From an uncultured delta proteobacterium (GTDB taxonomy: Bacteria; Myxococcota_A; Polyangia; Haliangiales; Haliangiaceae): 64,000 nt of DNA. Both the position numbers and the translations under genes were made by a program. Positions 38,220-49,435 of the stretch are shown here, one piece after another. The notes beneath the pieces were generated by a model. That model did not search any database, was not told the DNA's origin, and worked only from the letters and a program-made list of their open reading frames with translations. Position 1 is the stretch's first letter, and each line of letters starts with the position of its first letter. The DNA lies in assembly GCA_963743525.1 (NCBI GenBank), contig CAVUQH010000004.1, forward strand, positions 448,001 to 512,000, read 5' to 3'.

Positions 38220-38232
38220 CGTAGGGTGAAGG

Positions 38233-38787
38233 ATGATGGCCGGCGGAGCACGCGTACGTCTCGAGGTCGTGGCGGACACCGATGAAGCGGTGCCCAGCCT
38301 CGAGACCGGCGATCTGTTCCGCCGCTACGCCCCGTACGTGGCCAAGATCGGCTACCGCCTGCTCGGTCGCGACGACGACATCGACGACCTGGTGCAGGAC
38401 GTCTTCCTCGCCGCCCACCGCGGACTGCGCAGCCTGCGCCAGCCCGAGGCGGTGAAAGGCTGGCTGGCCACGGTCGCGGTGCGCGTCGCGCGTCGCCGCC
38501 TGCGCCGCCGGCGAATGCTGACCGTGGTCGGCCTCGGCGGCCCCAACGATTATCAACACGAGGTCGTCGATCCCGCGGCGACCCCCGAGCAACGCGCCCT
38601 GGTCTCGCAGGTCTATCGCATCCTCGACCGACTGCCGGTCGATCATCGGATTGCGTGGACGCTGCGCCACGTCCAGGGCGAGACGCTGGAGCGCGTGGCC
38701 GAGCTGTCGGGGTGCAGCCTGGCCACCGCCAAACGACGGATTCGGGCCGCGGCCCTGGCTATCGAGGAGGAGGTGCCGAATGAATGA
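38233..38787 (+). CDS. ECF RNA polymerase sigma-70 factor
   Basis: Region 2 DDLVQDVFL..WLATVAVR; region 4 LDRLP..GETLERVAELSGCSLATAKRRI. Confidence 0.93.
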   Translation: MMAGGARVRLEVVADTDEAVPSLETGDLFRRYAPYVAKIGYRLLGRDDDIDDLVQDVFLAAHRGLRSLRQPEAVKGWLATVAVRVARRRLRRRRMLTVVGLGGPNDYQHEVVDPAATPEQRALVSQVYRILDRLPVDHRIAWTLRHVQGETLERVAELSGCSLATAKRRIRAAALAIEEEVPNE

Positions 38788-39916
38788 CCTGTCGGCACGC
38801 TTGCAGGAAGCGCTCGGTCGCATCGAGCCGTCGTGGGACGACGCCCGCAGCGAGCGGGCGTTGAAGGGCCTGCGCAAGAAGCGCCGCCGCCGGACGGCGA
38901 TGCGCGCCACCGCTGCGGCCGCGGCCATCGCCGCCGTCGCCGGAGGCGCCTGGGCGTGGAACCGCGCGAGCGGTCACCACGAACAGATCGCCCGCCCGAC
39001 CATGGTGCAGCCGGCGCCCGAGCAGCCGCGCCTGGCGCCGGAGAACCCGGACGACATCGTCATCCACGACGGCTTCGTCGTCGCGCCCGACGCCACCGCC
39101 AAGGTCGCCGTCGACCGCTCGCACGCCGGCGCCGTTCGCGTCAACGTCGTCGCCGGCAAGAGCCGCTTCCACGTCCGCGCCCCCGAGGCCGCCAGCGGCG
39201 TCGAGGTTCACGCGGGCAAGCTGGCGGTCACCGTCTACTCGAGCGAGTTCTCGGTGGCGCGCTACGCCGAGGTGTCCGAGGTCTGGTCGCACTCCGGCAC
39301 CGTCGAGGTGCTGTGGCAGGGCAAGAAGGTGGTCGTCGCCGAGGGCGAGCACCGCCGCTTCGATCCGGCCGCGGCGCCCGCCGGTGACGACAGCGACACG
39401 ACAGACGACGACAGCTCCGCGGAGCAGCCAGCCGCGCCGGCGCCGGTCCACCACCCGCGCCATCAGGCGACCGACTGGCGGCCGCTGGCCCGCGAGGGCA
39501 AATACGACGACGCGTACCGCCTGCTGTCGCGTGGCCATCTGGGCGCCGGTACCGCCGATCTGATGCTGGCGGCCGACGTCTTCCGCCTCAGCGGCCACCC
39601 GGCCGACGCCGTGGCCCCGCTGCAGGAGGTGATCGATCGCCACGCCGATGATCCGCGCGCGCCGCTGGCCGCGTTCACGCTGGCCCGCGTGCTACTCGAC
39701 GACCTCGGTCGCCCGACCGCGGCCGCCCGCGCCTTTGCCCGCGCCCGCGCGCTGGATCCCGACGGCGCCCTGGCCGAAGACGCGCTGGCCCGCGAGGTCG
39801 AAGCGTGGGCCAAGGCCGGTCAGGCGCAGCGCGCGCGCAGTCGCGCCGAGCTGTACCTCGAACGCCATCCCAATGGTCACCGTGCCCATGCTGTGAGACA
39901 GTATGGCGGTTTGTGA
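38780..39916 (+). CDS. FecR-like anti-sigma factor with C-terminal TPR region
   Basis: Basic stretch then single TM helix; FecR-like beta domain (GKSRFHV..VEVHAGKLAVTV); helical C-terminus (LAEDALAREVEA..YLERHPNG). Confidence 0.82.
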   Translation: MNDLSARLQEALGRIEPSWDDARSERALKGLRKKRRRRTAMRATAAAAAIAAVAGGAWAWNRASGHHEQIARPTMVQPAPEQPRLAPENPDDIVIHDGFVVAPDATAKVAVDRSHAGAVRVNVVAGKSRFHVRAPEAASGVEVHAGKLAVTVYSSEFSVARYAEVSEVWSHSGTVEVLWQGKKVVVAEGEHRRFDPAAAPAGDDSDTTDDDSSAEQPAAPAPVHHPRHQATDWRPLAREGKYDDAYRLLSRGHLGAGTADLMLAADVFRLSGHPADAVAPLQEVIDRHADDPRAPLAAFTLARVLLDDLGRPTAAARAFARARALDPDGALAEDALAREVEAWAKAGQAQRARSRAELYLERHPNGHRAHAVRQYGGL

Positions 39917-40869
39917 ACACCGGTCGCCAGCTCGGCGTGGTGGCGCTCCTCGTCGTACTGGGAACGTCGAGCGCCGCCTGGGCCGATGACGGAGCAGCGG
40001 GCGTGACGCTCGAGATCGAGCCGTGCGTCCGCGCCGACGCTGCGGCCGTGCGCAAGTACTTCGAGCTCGAGCTGGGCAGCGAGCGCACCCGCGCCGCCGA
40101 CGGCGCGCACATCGAGGTCGCCTGCGCCGGCGACCTGATCGAGCTGCGCGTCAACGACCCGCTCACCGGCAAGTCGCTCAGCCGGCGCATCGATCCGGGA
40201 CCGCCGGCCGGCCGCAACCGACTGATCGCGCTGGCCGTGCTCGAGCTGCTGGTCGCCAGCTGGAGCGAGCTGGAGACCACGCCGCGCCACGTGGTGCCGC
40301 CGGCCGGCCCCACCCCCGATCCGGCAGCTGCCAGCTCGGCGCGCGCGCTGATCCGCCACCGCATTCCCCGCGACCGCGCCGACATGCAGATCGCGGCGGT
40401 CGGCGGCGTGTCCATGGGCGCCCCGGCGGTCGGCGTCGGCGTGCGCGCGATCCGTTCGGGCAACACCTTCGGCGTCGGCGTCAACGTCAGCGTTCGCCGC
40501 CAGGTGCGGCAAGTCGACCTCGGCACGATCACCGAGACCGAGATCGGCGGCGCGGTGATGGGCCTGGCCTACCATCGCCACGGCGCCACCTGGCTGCGCG
40601 GCGCCGTCGGCGCGCGCATGGCCTACGCCAGCGCCGAGGGCAAAGCCGCCAGCCCCGACATCTTCGCCGGCGAGGTCAGCGGCACCGCCGGCGGACCGCT
40701 GGTCGGTGCTGCCGCCGGTCTGTTGACCAAGGACGGCTTGACCGCCGGGCTGGCGGTCGAGGCCGGCTACCACCTCCTGGCCGTGCGCGGCCGGGTCGGA
40801 GGCGAGGTCGGCGCCGGCGCCCACGGCAGCTGGGTCACCGCCGAGCTGGAGGTCGGATGGACCTTCTGA
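39913..40869 (+). CDS. Exported protein with C-terminal small beta-barrel
   Basis: GTGA overlap; signal peptide AWA; Pro linker; Gly-rich amphipathic strands ending ELEVGWTF. Confidence 0.7.
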   Translation: MNTGRQLGVVALLVVLGTSSAAWADDGAAGVTLEIEPCVRADAAAVRKYFELELGSERTRAADGAHIEVACAGDLIELRVNDPLTGKSLSRRIDPGPPAGRNRLIALAVLELLVASWSELETTPRHVVPPAGPTPDPAAASSARALIRHRIPRDRADMQIAAVGGVSMGAPAVGVGVRAIRSGNTFGVGVNVSVRRQVRQVDLGTITETEIGGAVMGLAYHRHGATWLRGAVGARMAYASAEGKAASPDIFAGEVSGTAGGPLVGAAAGLLTKDGLTAGLAVEAGYHLLAVRGRVGGEVGAGAHGSWVTAELEVGWTF

Positions 40870-41738
40870 CCCGCATGTTGCTGGTCGCCGCGCTGCTCGG
40901 CGCCTGCAACACCGACGGCGACGTGCTCGGCGCCCGCGGCACCGACGGCGGCGCCGGTGCGACCGACGGCGGCGGTGGTGGCGGCGTGGACAGCGCCGAC
41001 GGCTGCCCGCTGCAGCCCGACTGCCCGCAGCCACCGCCCGGCGAGATCACGCTGTGTGGCCGCGTGGTCGACCTCGAGACGTCGCAACCGATCACCAGCG
41101 ACCCGCCCGACGTTCGGGTCTTCGATCCGACCACCCTGCGCAACGATCCGCTCAACGCGGTCGAGCTGGCCAAGGTCACCCCCGACGACTGCGGCTACTT
41201 CACCACCACGGTCAACGGCTCCAGCGAAGGGCTGCTGATACACACCGGCTCGATCTCGATCTTCTCCAACGATCCGCGCCGCGTCGTCAGCCTGGTGATG
41301 ACCCAGCCGGGCAACACTTACCGGCAGAACGCGTGGGTGTTGCGCCACACCGTCGACGAGACCTGGAGCACCGCCGCCAACCTCAGCGGCCCCAGCTTCG
41401 CCGAGTCTGGATCGATTCTGCCGATCTTCGTCGACCTCGACGGCTCACCGGCAGGTCCGCTGCAGGGCACGCCGGTCGCCGGCGTCGCCATGACCGCCGA
41501 CGGCTCGCCGATTACTCAGGACGCGTTCTTCTTCTCCGACGCCGACGCGCTGAGTCGGGCGACGCTCGCACCCGCGCAGGCGACCACCGGCACCGACGGC
41601 AGCGGCCTGTGGCGCTCGCAGGGCGGCGCCTTCTCCATGTTCTCGGGCAGCAAGAGCGGCTGCACCTTCCCCAAGGTGCAGGGCTCGGTGATCCTGGGCA
41701 TGGTGCAAGTGCAAGAGATCAACGGCACCTGCAACTGA
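40857..41738 (+). CDS. Hypothetical lipoprotein
   Basis: MDLLTRMLLVAALLGAC lipobox; TDGG linker; Cys-containing beta-rich domain. Confidence 0.75.
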   Translation: MDLLTRMLLVAALLGACNTDGDVLGARGTDGGAGATDGGGGGGVDSADGCPLQPDCPQPPPGEITLCGRVVDLETSQPITSDPPDVRVFDPTTLRNDPLNAVELAKVTPDDCGYFTTTVNGSSEGLLIHTGSISIFSNDPRRVVSLVMTQPGNTYRQNAWVLRHTVDETWSTAANLSGPSFAESGSILPIFVDLDGSPAGPLQGTPVAGVAMTADGSPITQDAFFFSDADALSRATLAPAQATTGTDGSGLWRSQGGAFSMFSGSKSGCTFPKVQGSVILGMVQVQEINGTCN

Positions 41739-41761
41739 AGTTCGCCGAGCACGCGGGAGCG

Positions 41762-41790
41762 TGAGCCGGTTTCGCATCCGGGCTGCACTT
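41762..41790 (+). promoter_or_regulatory. Candidate ECF promoter, copy 2
   Basis: TGAGCCGGTTTCG-N11-CACTT upstream of the gene at 41840. Confidence 0.75.
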
Positions 41791-41839
41791 CGATCCTGTA
41801 CCGCGAAACCCTCACCGCCGCCGGGAGCTGGAGGCCTGC

Positions 41840-42418
41840 ATGTCCCGCTCTCTCCTCGCTACCGCTCTCTTCGCGATCACCTTCACCCTGCCCGCCTGCT
41901 CGTCCGAGCTGCAGCCGGCCTCGAGCACCGCCGACAACATCACCGTGGTCGACACCGACGGTGACGGCACCCCCGACGCGGTCAACATCGACGGCGACGG
42001 CAACCCCGACTTCGACTTCGGCAACTGGTCGGGCGGCTGCTTCCCGTTCGTCGACAGCGACGGCGATGGCCACCCCGACGGCATCGACCTCGACTGCGAC
42101 GGCACCGCCGACGTGGCCTGGTGCGCCCAGCCGCTGATCGACAACGACGGCGACGGCGTCCCCGACGCCATCGACTTCGACTGCGACGGCGTCGGCGACC
42201 TCGACCTGTCGCCGCCCACCTGCCTGCCCCAGGCCATCGACACCGACGGCGACGGCGTCCCCGACGGCATCGATCTCGACTGCGACGGCGTCATCGACGT
42301 CGGCCCGTCCACCCCGCCGCCCCCCACCTGCCTGCCCGCGCCGGTCGACAGCGACGGCGACGGCTGGATCGACGGCATCGACCTCGACTGCGACGGAGTG
42401 GCCGACATCACGCTCTGA
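41840..42418 (+). CDS. Acidic lipoprotein with five DxDGDG-x-PD-x-IDxDCDG (thrombospondin type-3-like) Ca-binding repeats
   Basis: Lipobox LPAC; repeats directly visible; GGAGG RBS. Confidence 0.82.
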   Translation: MSRSLLATALFAITFTLPACSSELQPASSTADNITVVDTDGDGTPDAVNIDGDGNPDFDFGNWSGGCFPFVDSDGDGHPDGIDLDCDGTADVAWCAQPLIDNDGDGVPDAIDFDCDGVGDLDLSPPTCLPQAIDTDGDGVPDGIDLDCDGVIDVGPSTPPPPTCLPAPVDSDGDGWIDGIDLDCDGVADITL

Positions 42419-42461
42419 GCCGCAGGCGGCCGCGAAAAAATTCGCGCAGTTAGACGACACG

Positions 42462-42490
42462 TGAGCCGGTTTCGGCCACCGGGACCACTA
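42462..42490 (+). promoter_or_regulatory. Candidate ECF promoter, copy 3
   Basis: TGAGCCGGTTTCG-N11-CACTA upstream of the gene at 42528. Confidence 0.75.
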
Positions 42491-42527
42491 GGGCACCACA
42501 ACCATCCCTAGCCTGGAGGCCGAAGCC

Positions 42528-43109
42528 GTGCGTCTTGCTGTTGACCATATCCGTACCCTGCTCGTCGTCACTGCCATGCTCGCCCTCGCCGGAGCTGCCG
42601 GCGCCTGCGGCGACAGCCCGCCCAGCGGCGGCGGCAACGGCGCCGACGCGGCGGCCGCGGGCGACGGTGGCAACAACGGCGGCGGCGATGGCGGCGGCGG
42701 CAACGTCGATGCCGGCAACAACACCAACAACGCCGACGCCAGCACCAACGGCGGCGGCGCCGATGCCGCCAACGGCGGCGCCGGAGTCGTATGCGGCAGC
42801 ACCACGTGCACAGGCACTGACGTCTGCTGCAGCACGTTCGGCGGCGGCGGCGGCGGCGCGATGCAGACCTGCGTCGCCAGCGCCGCTGACTGCATGGGCG
42901 GCGTCGCGGCGGCCTGCGACGGCCCCGAGGATTGCGACACCGGGGAGGCCTGCTGCGGCAGCTACACCAACGGCGCCACCTGCGGAACGCCCGGCGGCAT
43001 GAATCAGTGCCAGATCCGCCTGTGCCACGCTGCTCCGGACTGCAACCAGGGCGAGATGTGCTGCAGCGGTTTCCAGGGCATCAACTACTGCGGCATGACC
43101 TGCCTCTGA
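42528..43109 (+). CDS. Cys-rich lipoprotein
   Basis: Lipobox AGAC; G/N/D linker; C-terminal domain with CDGPEDC and three CC pairs; GGAGG RBS. Confidence 0.8.
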   Translation: MRLAVDHIRTLLVVTAMLALAGAAGACGDSPPSGGGNGADAAAAGDGGNNGGGDGGGGNVDAGNNTNNADASTNGGGADAANGGAGVVCGSTTCTGTDVCCSTFGGGGGGAMQTCVASAADCMGGVAAACDGPEDCDTGEACCGSYTNGATCGTPGGMNQCQIRLCHAAPDCNQGEMCCSGFQGINYCGMTCL

Positions 43110-43187
43110 GCCGCTCCGCGGGTTGATCCGCGGGGCCTCTGTCGGTGACCATGTTCGCGCCCGCTCCGGCGGGCGCGGAGGTCACCG

Positions 43188-45143
<1,956 letters not shown>

Positions 45144-45194
45144 CCCCGCAGCCGCGGGCTGGCACCAGCGCACTGCCTGGGGCATCCTCCGGGC

Positions 45195-45935
45195 ATGGAC
45201 GTCAACGGCCGGACCGCACTCATCACCGGCGCGAGCCGCGGCATCGGCGCCGGGCTCGCCCACGCGTTCCACGCCCAGGGGATGAACCTGGTGCTGTGCG
45301 CCCGCGGCGCCGCCGCGGTGCCCGACGGCGACCGCGTGCTGTCGGCCCGCTTCGACATCACCGAAGAGGCGCCGATGACCGAGCTGGTCGCCGCCGCCGA
45401 GGCGCGCTTCGGCCGCATCGACCTGTGGATCAACAACGCCGGCGTGCTCGAGCCGATCGCCCCGCTGCGCGACGTCGAGCCGGCCGCCTACCAGCACCAC
45501 CTGCAGGTCAACGTCATGGGCGTCTTCCTCGGCACCCGCGCCTACGTCCAGCACCTGCGCCGCACCGGCGGACCGGGCGTGCTGATCAACATCTCGTCCG
45601 GCGCCGCACGCAACGGCTACGCCGGCTGGTCGGCCTACTGCGCGGGCAAGGCCGCCGTCGATCTGATGACCGAGTGCGTGGCCCTGGAAGAGCGCGACAT
45701 CGGACTGCGCGCCCATGCGGTCGCACCGGGTGTGATCGACACACACATGCAGGAGCTGATCCGCGGCTGCGACCGTGACACCTTCCCCATGGTCGACAAG
45801 TTCCTCGACATGAAGGCAAACAACCGCTTCAGCACGGTCGAGCACGTCTCCCGCGAGATGCTGAAGCTGGCTTTCGACCCGTCCCGCGCCGACGACCCCG
45901 TGCGCACCAGCCTGCCGCTGGAAAAGCCGCTCTGA
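45195..45935 (+). CDS. Short-chain dehydrogenase/reductase
   Basis: TGASRGIG, NNAG, NISSG, YCAGK, PGVIDT. Confidence 0.93.
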   Translation: MDVNGRTALITGASRGIGAGLAHAFHAQGMNLVLCARGAAAVPDGDRVLSARFDITEEAPMTELVAAAEARFGRIDLWINNAGVLEPIAPLRDVEPAAYQHHLQVNVMGVFLGTRAYVQHLRRTGGPGVLINISSGAARNGYAGWSAYCAGKAAVDLMTECVALEERDIGLRAHAVAPGVIDTHMQELIRGCDRDTFPMVDKFLDMKANNRFSTVEHVSREMLKLAFDPSRADDPVRTSLPLEKPL

Positions 45936-45941
45936 TTGCCC
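45915..45941 (+). repeat. 27-bp direct repeat, left copy (covers the SDR stop codon)
   Basis: CCGCTGGAAAAGCCGCTCTGATTGCCC, identical at 47471-47497. Confidence 0.95.
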
Positions 45942-46055
45942 GAAGATCGGCATGTTAGCCGCCACCACGCAACTGCGCGGTGGTTTGTTCCGATTATGTG
46001 TCCAGTGACGCGCCTCGCATCGCGAGCTTTCTCAAGCGCCACGCTGGAGTCACCC

Positions 46056-47405
46056 ATGCGCTACGTGCTAGTTGCCCTCGCCGTCTATTTCGCTGGTATC
46101 GGTTCTGGCTGCAAGTCGGACGTGAAGTACTACTGCGACGAGTCCACGCCCTGTTTCCCTCGCTATCCGGACCGTCCATTCTGCGACTTGACCGGTGAAT
46201 TTGAACCGGACGGGATCAAGAACACCTGCGTGCCGAACCCCTACGATGGCGGCCCCGACGCCGGGCCTGATGGGCCCGATGGAGGAGCAGACATCGACGG
46301 CGCGTTGCTGGATGGGCAATCAGCCGATGGAAGCGGACTGCCCGATCCAATTGTTGAGGACATTGCGCACGTTCCACTTGCCGCGGAAACCGCCGGAGTT
46401 GCCGATGTAGCGATCACTGGAACCGTCGTCGTTGACACGACGAACCTGACATTCGACGGTGGGGCTCCTCCTACTGGTGCGACGCTCGATTTGTCGGCCC
46501 AGGAGGCAGGGACCGGCCCACAACTCGCCATCCTGCATCTTCGCAGCCTGACGGTTCAGGCAGGTGCCACACTGCGCGCGGTTGGTGGCAGGCCGCTGGT
46601 AATCATCGCGAGCCGCTCTGTCACGATCAACGGTGTCATCGACGCGAGCGCAGATCGCAACACCGCGGGTGCGGGTGGATCCATACCTGGCGTTGGCGTG
46701 GGTGCAGGCGGAACGAGTACCAACAGCATCGCTAACGACGAGCCTGGCGGAGGCGGCGCAGGTTTCGGATCCGCCGGCGCAGCGGGCGGTCCCGGAGTCG
46801 GCGGATCGGCTGGTGCTGGTGGATCTACATTTGGAGACTCGGCCCAGACCCTACTGTTTGGCGGCTCCGGCGGCGGGACGAGTGCCGTCTGTCCGGCCGA
46901 CCCAGCTGGCGCCGGTGGCGGTGCGGTGCAGATCTACTCAGCAGCCGTCATATCGATCGCCAGTGGGGGCGGCATTAATGTTGGCGGCGGTGGCGGTGGC
47001 GGCGGCAACTACTGCAGTGGCACATTTGGCGGTGGCGCTGGCGGTGGCGCTGGCGGCTCCGTCTTCCTACAAGCACCCAGCGTAATATCGGCAGGTGTCC
47101 TGGCTGCGAACGGGGGTGGCGGTGGAAGCGGCGCCAATCTCAACGCCGATGGAACCGCCGGTGATGACGCTGCCCTCAGCGCTTCACGAGCAAGCGGCGG
47201 CGGCGCTGGCTCGGCCGGTGCTGGCGGCGCTGGCGCCAACGGAACCCTATCGGCCGTGGAGGGCACCGCGAATGACCTCATCAACGGTGGCGGTGGCGGT
47301 GGCGGCGGCGCTGGAGTCGGGCGCGTAGCTGTCTTGATCCACTCCAACGGAACGTTCGACAACACGGGCATAGCCAGTCCTCCGGCTACGACTCAGACCT
47401 ACTAG
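46056..47405 (+). CDS. Glycine-rich lipoprotein with N-terminal Cys module; atypical codon usage
   Basis: MRYVLVALAVYFAGIGSGC; PDAG linker; GGGxGG repeats with INGVIDAS- and GGAVQI-type strands; many A/T-ending codons. Confidence 0.78.
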   Translation: MRYVLVALAVYFAGIGSGCKSDVKYYCDESTPCFPRYPDRPFCDLTGEFEPDGIKNTCVPNPYDGGPDAGPDGPDGGADIDGALLDGQSADGSGLPDPIVEDIAHVPLAAETAGVADVAITGTVVVDTTNLTFDGGAPPTGATLDLSAQEAGTGPQLAILHLRSLTVQAGATLRAVGGRPLVIIASRSVTINGVIDASADRNTAGAGGSIPGVGVGAGGTSTNSIANDEPGGGGAGFGSAGAAGGPGVGGSAGAGGSTFGDSAQTLLFGGSGGGTSAVCPADPAGAGGGAVQIYSAAVISIASGGGINVGGGGGGGGNYCSGTFGGGAGGGAGGSVFLQAPSVISAGVLAANGGGGGSGANLNADGTAGDDAALSASRASGGGAGSAGAGGAGANGTLSAVEGTANDLINGGGGGGGGAGVGRVAVLIHSNGTFDNTGIASPPATTQTY

Positions 47406-47470
47406 CCCGCACGCGCATGCACGTACCGATAGCTGGCTTCTCAGCCGGTTGGCTGGCGACTGCTCCCGGA

Positions 47471-47497
47471 CCGCTGGAAAAGCCGCTCTGATTGCCC
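47471..47497 (+). repeat. 27-bp direct repeat, right copy
   Basis: Identical to 45915-45941. Confidence 0.95.
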
Positions 47498-47509
47498 TAC
47501 CCTGGGGCA

Positions 47510-48921
47510 ATGCGCGCCTTCTTGCGTCTTGCCTTAGCCTGTTCGTTCGCCCTGTCCACCGCTTGCGGCTCGATCGCCAACAAGGCCGACGCCGGCAACG
47601 GCGGCGGTGACGCCTCGAGCGGTGACGGCGGCGGCAATGTCGCCGATGCCGCGCCCGATGCGGCCACCTTCGGCATGGTCACCGTCAACGTCTTCGTCGG
47701 CGGCAACCCAGCACCGAACATGGCCGTCATGTATCACAAGGCCGACGGCAGCTACATCGGCAGCACGCTGACCGATAGCAACGGCCAGGTGATCATTGCC
47801 GACATGCCGGTCGGCGGCGCGGTCACCGCGCCGGTCAGCCCGTACGGAATCGCCTCCGACCAGCCACGCGAAGTTCCTGACCAGCGTCACCAACGTGCAG
47901 ATCGGCGACGTCATCACCATCGGCCGCTCCGACGCTCCCGACCAGCGACTCGCAGCGCGGGAACCATGTCGGTCACCATGCCCGGAACGCGTTTGCCGGC
48001 GCCACGAACTATGCCGGTGACCGTCGGCTGCACCACATCCACCACTGGGACCGCTGAGCGCGTCACTGAAGCCGGTTATCCAGGCCAACTGCCTGCCCGC
48101 CTCCAACGCCATCGACGTCGTCGCCTACGCACTGGATGGCTCCGGGAACCGCATCGCCTATTCTGCCGTCGCCGCTGTTCCCTCTGTCCGGCACCGCGCC
48201 CAACTTGACCGGTTCGATCAACATGCCGGCGTGGCAGACCGGCCTGGCCCTGTACACACTGGCGCTCAGCAACGCGCCCGGCTGACATCCGGTGACCCGC
48301 ATCTTCGTCGGCTACAAGCAGAACGTCCTGGTCGACAGTCCTCGATCCGAGCTGTCACTGGCGACGGGCATGGGACCGGCCTCGTTCCCGTTCCTCATGG
48401 TGCCCGGGTTCTTCCAGAGCTCGACGGTTGGGTTCAAGCCCGCATGCCCTGGTTTCGGGCACGCCACGTCTGGCCAAGCGCGCCGACGTCAGCCCGACGA
48501 CCAGCCAATCGGCGCAGGTGGCCTGGGATCTGACCACCGACATGCTGCAGCCACCGGACCACCGTCACCGCCACGGCCGACACCACCAGCTCGATCAGCT
48601 GGTCCGGCGGCACCGCGAGCTGCGCCGACAACCCGTCACCCGATCTCGATCCTGTACGCGTCCAGGGCAACGTGGGCAACACGGGCGTCTCATACGCCTG
48701 GTACGCGCATCGCGCCTGGCACGCAGACCTCGCCGCTCGAGCTGCCCCAGCTCGATCCTGCACTGGCTCAGGCGTTGTGGCCGACCTCGAGCTTCACCGC
48801 CACCGCGACGGCCGTGCGTGATGAAGAGCCGACAGCGCACACAAGCTATGACGATTTCCGCCTCAGCGACGACAACCTCGCCGCGGTCGACCCGATGCCC
48901 GACGCAGCCGCTACCCGCTGA
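47510..48921 (+). pseudogene. Multiply frameshifted lipoprotein gene (pseudogene or assembly errors)
   Basis: Clean start with STAC lipobox up to ~47870; protein-like segments then hop between frames (FLTSVTNVQIGDVITIG; NAIDVVAYALDGSGNRIAYS; IFVGYKQN; LELPQLDPAL). Confidence 0.7.
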
Positions 48922-48952
48922 TTAGCCGTCGGCAGCAGCGGCTGAGGTTTCC

Positions 48953-49435
48953 ATGCGCCTCATCGTGTGCCTCGCGTTGCTGGCCGCCGCTTGCAGCACG
49001 ACGGAAGAGAAGAAGCCGCCGCAGCCGGCGTGCTCGGAGCTGTCGATCACGGTCGACGGGCGCGAGCTGACGCCGCTGAGCAATGCCATCGCCATCCAGG
49101 AGCGCAAGGCCGGCGGCTACATGGTGCAGCTCTACGACCACGACGGCGTCGACTGCAGGCAGGCGCTGTCGGGGCACCGGGTGCCCCGGCCGCGCGAGGT
49201 GTTCGCCCGCGCCTACGTCGGTCCCACCGCGCACCAGACCGCCGTCGGGCTGGGCGAGGACACCAAGATGGACGTCGGCGCGGTGCTCGCCGAGCGACCG
49301 GAGAAGGTGGGCGACCAGGTCGCCATCTGCCTGCGCAACCCGGTGTCGTTCACCGGCACCGCCGGCACCTGGGCGGGCAAGCAGATCACCATGAGCGGGC
49401 GCTTCGAAGGCACGTTCTGCGGCATGCAGCACTGA
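48953..49435 (+). CDS. Hypothetical lipoprotein
   Basis: Lipobox AAAC; GAGG RBS. Confidence 0.75.
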   Translation: MRLIVCLALLAAACSTTEEKKPPQPACSELSITVDGRELTPLSNAIAIQERKAGGYMVQLYDHDGVDCRQALSGHRVPRPREVFARAYVGPTAHQTAVGLGEDTKMDVGAVLAERPEKVGDQVAICLRNPVSFTGTAGTWAGKQITMSGRFEGTFCGMQH

